From a virus, in IMG/VR virus record IMGVR_UViG_3300043788_000131, positions 1 to 64,000 of that record: a stretch of DNA of 64,000 nt, one strand, 5' to 3'. Under the pieces are notes generated by a model. That model saw only the letters and a list, made by a program, of their open reading frames with translations, had not been told where the DNA came from and did no database searches. The position numbers and the translations under genes were made by a program. Position 1 is the stretch's first letter. Every line of letters begins with the position of its first letter. Below are positions 9,264 to 15,295 of the stretch, piece by piece.

Positions 9264-9494
9264 ATGTTGATACACAGCAATCGGCACGGGCTTGATCAAT
9301 CGCAACGTGATCGTGTCCTGTTGCGCTTGCAATGCGATGGCGAACACGGATTGTTTGGGCCGCCTGTTCAGGAATTCGAGCATCCAGATGGTTTTATCGG
9401 AGAACACCGCGCAGCGATGGAAGCCGGATGGCTTGAGCGTGACGGTGGCTCAAGAGGCAGACTGTGGCTTTGCCCCGACTGCTCGGGGAAGTGA
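9264..9494 (+). CDS. small zinc-ribbon-like protein
   Basis: CDGEH...AAMEAGW...LCPDC. Confidence 0.6.
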   Translation: MLIHSNRHGLDQSQRDRVLLRLQCDGEHGLFGPPVQEFEHPDGFIGEHRAAMEAGWLERDGGSRGRLWLCPDCSGK

Positions 9495-9570
9495 TGGCTG
9501 GGGCTCTCGGGCTTGAACCGAGGACCTGCGGAGTCAGAGTCCGCCACTCTACCAACTGAGCTAAGCCCCA
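9495..9570 (-). tRNA. tRNA-Gln(CTG)
   Basis: loop CT-CTG-AC; U1-A72, G73; CCA. Confidence 0.92.
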
Positions 9571-9594
9571 CAAAAATATAACTGGAAATATAAC

Positions 9595-9671
9595 TGGTCA
9601 GGATGGCGGGCCTCGATCCCGCGACCTTCGGCTCCCCGAGCCGACGCTCTACCAAGCTGAGCTACATCCTG
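9595..9671 (-). tRNA. tRNA-Pro(GGG), C33
   Basis: loop TC-GGG-GA; C1-G72, A73; T loop ATCGAGG. Confidence 0.87.
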
Positions 9672-9749
9672 GTCAGGGCGGTGGGATTTGAACCCACGAA
9701 TCTCCGGGTTCCAGGCCCGGCGGGGACGGCCAAACTCCCCCACGCCCTG
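9670..9749 (-). tRNA. tRNA-Pro(TGG), C33, A37
   Basis: loop CC-TGG-AA; C1-G72; CCA overlaps next tRNA by 2 nt. Confidence 0.87.
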
Positions 9750-9756
9750 TTAGGGT

Positions 9757-9832
9757 TGGAGCTCCCGGAGCGATTCGAACGCCCGACCACCGGATTCGTA
9801 ATCCGGGACTCTATCCGCTGAGTTACGGGAGC
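9757..9832 (-). tRNA. tRNA-Arg(ACG)
   Basis: loop TT-ACG-AA; CCA. Confidence 0.92.
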
Positions 9833-9840
9833 AAGCCGTC

Positions 9841-9993
9841 GTGACCAAAAAGCAGAAATGGTCGTATCTCTGGCGCCATCTTTATGGTCGCCTCATGATT
9901 TCAGAGGCCGCCGCCAAGCATGCCGCGGCCCTCGCGATTGAGTGGCTGGAAAAGCACGAGAAGCCCAAGGTTGGCACCCCCGATGAGATTTGA
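9841..9993 (+). CDS. 50-aa hypothetical protein
   Basis: GTG start, GGGAG RBS from tRNA antisense; hand translated MTKKQKWSYLWRHLY... Confidence 0.4.
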   Translation: MTKKQKWSYLWRHLYGRLMISEAAAKHAAALAIEWLEKHEKPKVGTPDEI

Positions 9994-10046
9994 ACTCATG
10001 TCGCCGACGTGAGAGGCCGGTATCCTGACCGCTAGACGACGGGGGC
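9972..10046 (-). tRNA. tRNA-Glu(CTC)
   Basis: loop CT-CTC-AC; CCA. Confidence 0.92.
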
Positions 10047-10199
10047 TTACTCGAATCTTCGCGCCTTCCTTGCTAGTTCGAGGGCGCGCAACAGAGAAAT
10101 GAGAAGCCGCCATTGCCTTTCAACCCGCCGCACGCGGCGCCGTCTTTTCGGCTTTTTCAGCGGCTGCGAGGCGGGTTCTTTTGGCCGGTCGAGGATCAT
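10047..10199 (-). CDS. 50-aa highly basic peptide
   Basis: fills spacer; MILDRPKEPASQPLKKPKRRRRVRR...; no SD. Confidence 0.35.
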   Translation of the reverse strand: MILDRPKEPASQPLKKPKRRRRVRRVERQWRLLISLLRALELARKARRFE

Positions 10200-10209
10200 C
10201 GCGGGGGCT

Positions 10210-10285
10210 TGGCTCCCAGGGCAGGGGTCGAACCTGCAACCGCTCGGTTAACGGCCGAGTGCTCTGCCGGTTGAGCTACCTGGGA
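10210..10285 (-). tRNA. tRNA-Asn(GTT), C33
   Basis: loop CC-GTT-AA; U1-A72, G73; CCA. Confidence 0.92.
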
Positions 10286-10286
10286 A

Positions 10287-10363
10287 TGGTGGACCCTGTC
10301 AGGCTCGAACTGACGACCCCCTGCTTGCAAAACAGGCGCTCTCCCAAACTGAGCTAAGGGCCC
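10287..10363 (-). tRNA. tRNA-Ala(TGC)
   Basis: loop TT-TGC-AA; G3:U70; CCA. Confidence 0.94.
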
Positions 10364-10393
10364 ATTATTACATTATGTGTCAAAGTGTGAAAA

Positions 10394-10468
10394 TGGTGCC
10401 CACGGATGGGATTGAACCACCGACGCCCGCGCCTTCAACGCGGCGCTCTACCGCTGAGCTACATGGGC
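10394..10468 (-). tRNA. tRNA-Phe(GAA)
   Basis: loop TT-GAA-GG; CCA. Confidence 0.92.
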
Positions 10469-10895
10469 AACGCGAGCCGCCCTTGACGCGGAGGCCCGCC
10501 AAGAATTTCGAAGTCCGCGGCATGCCGCAGGCCTCGCTGCTGGTTGTTTCGCGGCTCATCCACTCGGAACCGCGGAATTGGCGTGCGGCAAGTCTCCGCT
10601 GGAAAGAGGTACGATCTATCCAGGGCAGGCGAGTAGACGCCGAAGAGGTCGACGTGCCCGTGATATGACGTTGTGCGCTTGCCACCGGCGGTTACCAGTA
10701 GGTTCGGAAGTCAATGGCGCCGTTTTTGTAGACGGCAGTTTTGCACTGCACTCTCTGGAAAGAGCCGTCTTTCTCGATCACTAGATCGTACTTCAGTCCA
10801 TCGCTGAAGGGCCGAAGAACCACATACTGAGCGCGCAACAGAGCCGCGGTAATCATCGCGACGGAGAGATCGCCTATCGCAGTCGTGTTCTTCAT
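10459..10895 (-). pseudogene. group I intron-type PD-(D/E)XK homing endonuclease, frameshifted near 10697
   Basis: N-half GDLSVA...PFSDGLKYDLVIE...RVQCKT; C-half in shifted frame VDLFGVYSPALDRSYLFP...PRNNQQRGLRHAADFEI; length 3n+2. Confidence 0.8.
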
Positions 10896-10901
10896 TGGAT
10901 T

Positions 10902-10976
10902 TGGAGCGGGTAGAGAGATTCGAACTCTCGACTTCAATCTTGGCAAGATTGCACTCTACCTCTGAGTTATACCCGC
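10902..10976 (-). tRNA. tRNA-Gly(GCC)
   Basis: loop TT-GCC-AA; CCA. Confidence 0.94.
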
Positions 10977-10980
10977 AATT

Positions 10981-11066
10981 TGGTGGGCAGTGTTGGACTC
11001 GAACCAACGAAGGCCGAAGCCACCAGATTTACAGTCTGGCTCCTTTGCCACTCGGATCAACTGCCC
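10981..11066 (-). tRNA. tRNA-Tyr(GTA)
   Basis: loop CT-GTA-AA; variable arm GGC-TTCG-GCC; CCA. Confidence 0.93.
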
Positions 11067-11080
11067 TTAAAGCACAAAGT

Positions 11081-11165
11081 TGGCGGAGGGTGAAGGAATC
11101 GAACCATCACCGTTTCCGGGGCGCGGTTTTCGGGACCGTGTGCTCACCCATGAGCGCCACCCTCC
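11081..11165 (-). tRNA. tRNA-Ser(CGA), C33
   Basis: loop CC-CGA-AA; variable arm CCG-GAAA-CGG; G73 CCA. Confidence 0.88.
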
Positions 11166-11191
11166 GTAGATCAGTATATGTTTCAGATAGT

Positions 11192-11269
11192 TGGCTGTCC
11201 CGGCCGGATTCGAACCGGCGACCCCTGCCTTCGGAGGGCAGTGCGCTATCCAGGCTACGCCACGGGACA
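11192..11269 (-). tRNA. tRNA-Arg(CCG), A37
   Basis: loop CT-CCG-AA; CCA. Confidence 0.92.
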
Positions 11270-11312
11270 AGAATCGTGCTATCTTGCCACCCCATTCCAA
11301 TGGGGGTGCGCT

Positions 11313-11510
11313 ATGGACAGCGCAAAGGTGACTGCAGCGGTTCGCTCCGTCGAGAATGCCCGGAAGCTACTCGATGCAGCGATCGCCAAATGGGACGAGA
11401 CCGTCACTGAAACGCAGTTAGCGTGGCTTGCTGTACGGAGGGCACAGAGACACCTCCGCGACGCGGTAACCATTGCGCAACACGAAGCCGGCATCCAATC
11501 AGGCGAGTGA
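11313..11510 (+). CDS. small helical protein
   Basis: ATG 11313, convergent with 11512. Confidence 0.5.
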   Translation: MDSAKVTAAVRSVENARKLLDAAIAKWDETVTETQLAWLAVRRAQRHLRDAVTIAQHEAGIQSGE

Positions 11511-11511
11511 A

Positions 11512-11775
11512 CTAGCGCCCCTCGTCCTTGTCGGCGTAGAGCATGACCCGGATAGCCGGCGTCATGTCCGCGAAGCGCGCGACAACCTTTGCCAGGGCGT
11601 CAACCTCGTAAAGCTCACGCTGCTTGCAGCCCTTCCAGAGCACGAACTTTGCGTCCTTGCCGGCCTCTTCCTTGTGGATATTGATGACCTGCACGAAGAA
11701 GGTCATCAACGGATGGTCCCAGCCCACGATGACCTTGTGATCGGGGTTGCGGGCTGGGATTTCGTGGCGGCTCAT
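11512..11775 (-). CDS. hypothetical protein
   Basis: ATGA-coupled to HNH; VIVGWDHPLMTFFVQV. Confidence 0.7.
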   Translation of the reverse strand: MSRHEIPARNPDHKVIVGWDHPLMTFFVQVINIHKEEAGKDAKFVLWKGCKQRELYEVDALAKVVARFADMTPAIRVMLYADKDEGR

Positions 11776-12317
11776 GAAAGCGTGCTATCCCAATACAGGT
11801 AATCCCGCCAGCTTTCATGCAGATAGCCCGGTGGAAAAGCCCTCTTCGCGGCCAAGAGCTCGCCCGGTGTCGGCTGCCTGGGCGCCCGGATCGGCCGCAT
11901 GGCGGTCCGATCGTCCTTGAGGACGTTGCACGGCGAGCAGGCCGCGACGACGTTCTCCCAGGTCGATTGTCCGCCCCTGCAGCGGGGCACCACATGATCG
12001 AACGTCAGATCCTCGCTCCGATGCGCTTGGCCGCAATACTGGCACCGGAAGCGATCGCGCAGGAAGACGTTGAAGCGGGTGAACGCGACGTTCTTCGGGA
12101 CCGGGTGAAACTTCCGCAGCGCCAGGACCGAGGGGAGCCGCATGGTCGTCGAGGGGCTCCGGACGACGGTGTCGTACTCCTCGACGACATAGTGCGTCGC
12201 CTCGACCACCGCCTTGACCGCCCGCTCGTAGGGGATGGTCGACAGCGGGAAGTAGCTGAGAGGTTGGTAGTCAGCGTTGAGCACCAACGCCGGATGCGCT
12301 TGCATGGGAGGCTCCAT
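11772..12317 (-). CDS. HNH endonuclease (McrA-like, host-type)
   Basis: ALVLNADYQPLSYFPLS...RDRFRCQYCG...TFDHVVPRCRGGQSTWENVVAACSPCN. Confidence 0.92.
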   Translation of the reverse strand: MEPPMQAHPALVLNADYQPLSYFPLSTIPYERAVKAVVEATHYVVEEYDTVVRSPSTTMRLPSVLALRKFHPVPKNVAFTRFNVFLRDRFRCQYCGQAHRSEDLTFDHVVPRCRGGQSTWENVVAACSPCNVLKDDRTAMRPIRAPRQPTPGELLAAKRAFPPGYLHESWRDYLYWDSTLS

Positions 12318-12337
12318 TGTTGGTACGGGTTGAGGCG

Positions 12338-12526
12338 ATGACCGACGCTGAGCTACGGGCCTTCTTGAACCTGACCGAGGCAGAGGCCTTGGTGATCATC
12401 CCGCGGCTGACGCCGGAGAAGCGCGCGGCCTACGAGCGGATGGCCGACGTCATTGTCGAGGAAAAGCTACGGCGGGTCGGGCTCTGGACGGAGGAGCCGA
12501 ACGCTCTCCTGTTTCGGAACCTGTGA
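12338..12526 (+). CDS. hypothetical protein
   Basis: GAGG RBS, ATG 12338. Confidence 0.55.
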   Translation: MTDAELRAFLNLTEAEALVIIPRLTPEKRAAYERMADVIVEEKLRRVGLWTEEPNALLFRNL

Positions 12527-12608
12527 AGCAAATTCTGATTTGCGGCTTTGACGGCGAGCCATGCGAGCCGAACTGTGCTCTGTTTCAGCCATGTCCGCGT
12601 GTAAGGCT

Positions 12609-12687
12609 TGGTGGCCGCGGCAGGCTGGGTGAGCCCGCTAATCAGACGCTTATGAGGCGTCGGTCTCCGCTCTTCGACTTCACGGCC
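12609..12687 (-). tRNA. atypical tRNA(CAT), probably Met elongator
   Basis: acceptor GGCCGTG/CGCGGCC-A-CCA; perfect stem GACGC-CT-CAT-AA-GCGTC; no U8 and no TTC loop. Confidence 0.65.
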
Positions 12688-12693
12688 CTTGAT

Positions 12694-12772
12694 TGGTCAG
12701 GGCACCGAGATTTGAACTCGGGGTCTCCACCTTCCGAGGGTGGCGGGAACGGCCAGACTTCCCCATGCCCTG
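12694..12772 (-). tRNA. tRNA-Pro(CGG), A37
   Basis: loop CT-CGG-AA; C1-G72; body similar to Pro(TGG). Confidence 0.9.
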
Positions 12773-12829
12773 TTGACATTTTGCGCTGAAATTCGGATTT
12801 GGTTGCGCAGCGCTCTCCGCAACAGGAAT

Positions 12830-12905
12830 TGGCGACCCTACGGGGAATCAAACCCCGGACAACCTCGCTAGACAGGCGAGTGCTCTTTCACTGAGCTATA
12901 GGGCC
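12830..12905 (-). tRNA. tRNA-Asp(GTC), U37
   Basis: loop CT-GTC-TA; G73; CCA. Confidence 0.87.
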
Positions 12906-12907
12906 GT

Positions 12908-12991
12908 TGGTGCGGTCGGGGAGACTTGAACTCCCACGGAGTAATCCACAGCGCCCTCAACGCTGCGCGTCTACCATTTCGCCACGACCGC
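12908..12991 (-). tRNA. tRNA-Leu(GAG)
   Basis: loop TT-GAG-GG; variable arm GGA-TTAC-TCC; CCA. Confidence 0.93.
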
Positions 12992-12994
12992 ATT

Positions 12995-13069
12995 TGGTGA
13001 ACGCTCTGGGGCTCGAACCCAGGACCTACGGTTTAAGAGACCGCCGCTCTACCGCTGAGCTAAGCGTCC
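12995..13069 (-). tRNA. tRNA-Lys(CTT)
   Basis: loop CT-CTT-AA; CCA. Confidence 0.93.
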
Positions 13070-13070
13070 G

Positions 13071-13152
13071 CGAACCGGGGTGGGCTTGAACCACATGCCT
13101 ACGGGTTAAAAGTCCGCTGCCCGGCCGACCCAGGCTTGAAGGCTCCCGGTCC
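13071..13152 (-). tRNA. atypical tRNA-Lys(TTT), expanded D region, no CCA
   Basis: acceptor GGACCGG/CCGGTTC; loop CT-TTT-AA; GGTTCAAGCC. Confidence 0.65.
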
Positions 13153-13242
13153 ATTTGGTATGTCTAGTGGGCTACGAGACGGACGCATCGTTGCATCGGC
13201 GGCCCCGTGATCCATGGGATTTGGACGCGGGGCCTTTCTATT

Positions 13243-13317
13243 TGGTCCACACTGCTGGAGTCGAACCAGCCACCACCCGGTTATCGGCCGGGGCCCTCGC
13301 CGCTCGGACTAGTGTGG
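13243..13317 (-). tRNA. tRNA-Ile(GAT), C33
   Basis: loop CC-GAT-AA; CCA. Confidence 0.88.
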
Positions 13318-13318
13318 A

Positions 13319-13395
13319 TGGTGTGTCCTACTGGATTTGAACCAGTGACCTCGTCCATGTCAAAGACGCGCTCTGACCCGCTGAGCTAAGGACAC
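13319..13395 (-). tRNA. tRNA-Val(GAC)
   Basis: loop TT-GAC-AT; CCA. Confidence 0.92.
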
Positions 13396-13396
13396 G

Positions 13397-13471
13397 TACT
13401 CCCGGCAGGATTTGAACCTGCGAAATGTCGGCGTGTAAAACCGATGCCTTGGGCCGCTTGGCGACGGGAGC
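13397..13471 (-). tRNA. tRNA-Val(TAC), Glu-like body, no full CCA
   Basis: loop TT-TAC-AC; GGTTCAAATCC. Confidence 0.88.
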
Positions 13472-13489
13472 GTAGGGTACAATCTCCGT

Positions 13490-14031
13490 ATGGAGAAGAT
13501 GGATTCGCGCCGAGGCGAAGAGACGCGGTTTAACGGTGTATTTTACCGGCAAGCCATGCAAACACGGCCATCGCAGCGTTCGCTATTGTCCTCAATGGCA
13601 TTTGCAAAGAATGTACCGTCCTCCGCCACCGGGAATGGTGCAAGAATAACCCCGATGGTCAACGGCAAGCAAATCTGAAGCATGCAGCCGCCAACCCAGG
13701 GGCAAACGCCAAGCGTGTTGCCAAATGGCGTGCTGAAAATCCGGTCTCTGCTCGTGTCGCCGCTCGCGCCTATGACCACAAGCGGCGCGACCGCCCAGGT
13801 AGCGGCTTCACGGCTGGGGATGTCGAGAAGCTATTAGAAGCCCAGCGCGGGAGGTGTGCCTATTGCCGAAAACCGCTCCGCGGAAAGTACCACGTCGATC
13901 ACATAAAAGCACTGGCGCGTGGTGGTCGCAACTCCCGTGCGAACATTCAACTTACATGCCCGTCGTGCAACAAGAAGAAATACACGAAAGACCCTCTCGA
14001 CTTTGCGAGAGAGTGCGGGCTTCTGATTTAG
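13490..14031 (+). pseudogene. phage HNH homing endonuclease with two +1 frameshifts
   Basis: YFTGKPCKHGH in one frame; QRGRCAYCRK..YHVDHIKALARGGRNSRANIQLTCPSCN in another; paralogue of 35215-35853. Confidence 0.82.
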
Positions 14032-14162
14032 GCCAAAATCAACAATTCGTGAACGCGATGCTTAGGAACGCGCGCGCCGAGCGCCGCTAAGTCATTGATG
14101 TTTGGTCGAGCAAACAAAAAAGCCGAAAACGCGATTTGATATATTAAGGTCGGAGGTGGCTC

Positions 14163-14363
14163 ATGACCGACGATCTGACAATCCCCGACTTCCTGAGAAG
14201 AGACCCGCCAGCACAGGCGCCCTCGACGCGAATGCCGAAGCGGCGCGAGAAGAAGATACCATATCCCGTGGACGGCTATCTCGGCAAAGGCCTGCGCGCC
14301 AAGGCGCGGGAGCGGTTGCGGGAGCGTCGCCGCCGCGATGCGGAGAAGATGCGCCAACGCTGA
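14163..14363 (+). CDS. small basic protein
   Basis: GGAGGT RBS; DDLTIPDFLRR motif. Confidence 0.65.
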   Translation: MTDDLTIPDFLRRDPPAQAPSTRMPKRREKKIPYPVDGYLGKGLRAKARERLRERRRRDAEKMRQR

Positions 14364-14364
14364 T

Positions 14365-14441
14365 TGGTGCCCACGGCTGGATTCGAACCAGCGAATTTCC
14401 TGCTTTTGAGGCAGTGGCCTTTGCCGCTTGGCTACGCGGGC
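14365..14441 (-). tRNA. tRNA-Leu(CAA) lacking long variable arm
   Basis: loop CT-CAA-AA; variable loop only ~6 nt; A73 CCA. Confidence 0.87.
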
Positions 14442-14455
14442 GGAACTTCATAAAA

Positions 14456-14531
14456 TGGTGCGGACGGAGGGACTTGAACCCCCAGCTTACACGGTCTGAA
14501 CGTGCTGCGTTTGCCATTTCGCCACGCCCGC
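14456..14531 (-). tRNA. tRNA-Leu(CAG) lacking long variable arm
   Basis: loop TT-CAG-AC; Leu-type D arm; 5-nt variable loop; CCA. Confidence 0.87.
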
Positions 14532-14544
14532 GAAGGAGAGCCAA

Positions 14545-14781
14545 ATGTCTATAGGCAGTACCCGGCTTCCGATTCTGCCGTCCGACAGCCCGCAAATACG
14601 GGCAATTAAACAGAAGGCGGCGGAGTTGATTGATCTCTGCTATGAGAACAAGCCTAGCAGAGAGGCAAATCCAGAAGTCGAGCGTTTGTGGAAATTCGCT
14701 GAATTTCTGTTTGAAGATGGAGCCATGTGGGCGGAAAAGGCCGCTGCTCGCGGAAAAATTGGAGCCACCGGCGCGATTTGA
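14545..14781 (+). CDS. small helical protein (similar in pattern to Acb2/Tad1-like phage proteins)
   Basis: AAGGAG RBS; IRAIKQKAAELIDLC...ERLWKFAEFLFEDGAMWAEKAAA; resemblance by eye only. Confidence 0.55.
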   Translation: MSIGSTRLPILPSDSPQIRAIKQKAAELIDLCYENKPSREANPEVERLWKFAEFLFEDGAMWAEKAAARGKIGATGAI

Positions 14782-14835
14782 ACGCGCGACCTACGCCTTA
14801 CCAAGACGTTGCTCTGCCGACTGAGCTACGGCGGC
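14760..14835 (-). tRNA. tRNA-Thr(GGT)
   Basis: loop TT-GGT-AA; CCA. Confidence 0.93.
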
Positions 14836-15141
14836 CTTCGTGCGATTGCGGTAGCGGGCTAAGCATAACTGCGCCAGCATGCGACGTTGGTCACCCTGCA
14901 CGACAGGGAAAACAAGGTCGGCGTCATAGGAGTACCGCGGCTTGGCCTTTTCAGGCGCGTATTTCACGCAAAACCGCATGATGATTTGGTTGATCGGAGG
15001 CGATTTGGCAAAGCCGAATGATCTGGCGATCTCCTTTTGGGAATAGCCCTGGACCCAGAGGTTTACGATCGAGGCTTGGACTTCCTCGCGTGCCAGCAGT
15101 TCCGCTCTTGGTATCTTGAAGGTCGAAATATGAGGAAGCAT
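14791..15141 (-). CDS. HTH-containing hypothetical protein
   Basis: LWVQGYSQKEIARSFG; ATG shares the A of the upstream tRNA CCA. Confidence 0.5.
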   Translation of the reverse strand: MLPHISTFKIPRAELLAREEVQASIVNLWVQGYSQKEIARSFGFAKSPPINQIIMRFCVKYAPEKAKPRYSYDADLVFPVVQGDQRRMLAQLCLARYRNRTKAAVAQSAEQRLGKA

Positions 15142-15216
15142 GGGGCCCTCCCAGGGACTTGAACCCGTGCTCACCAACTTACAAAGATGGTGCATCGCCG
15201 TCTATGCTTGAAGGGC
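15141..15216 (-). tRNA. tRNA-Thr(TGT)
   Basis: loop TT-TGT-AA; A8; CCA. Confidence 0.85.
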
Positions 15217-15218
15217 GT

Positions 15219-15295
15219 TGGTGCTGGCGGGAGGATTTGAACCCCCGACATCCACAGTACGAATGTGGCGGTCTACCGGGCTGACCTACACCAGC
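15219..15295 (-). tRNA. tRNA-Thr(CGT)
   Basis: loop TT-CGT-AC; CCA. Confidence 0.92.

Noticed and set aside
10459-10895. Group I intron inside a tRNA
   Set aside because: The endonuclease is of an intron-associated family, but both flanking tRNAs are uninterrupted and the spacer has no room for a ribozyme core.
9561-13400. Short ORF-track entries spanning tRNA genes (e.g. 9603-9821, 10895-11410, 12907-13089)
   Set aside because: They are translations of tRNA or anti-tRNA sequence.
6355-15295. Repeat-spacer look resembling a CRISPR array or integron cassettes
   Set aside because: The repeating units fold as distinct tRNAs with different anticodons; there are no identical repeats, attC sites, cas or integrase genes in the window.
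6355-15295. Suppressor tRNA or stop-codon recoding
   Set aside because: No CTA, TTA or TCA anticodon was found, and TAA, TAG and TGA all end well-formed genes.
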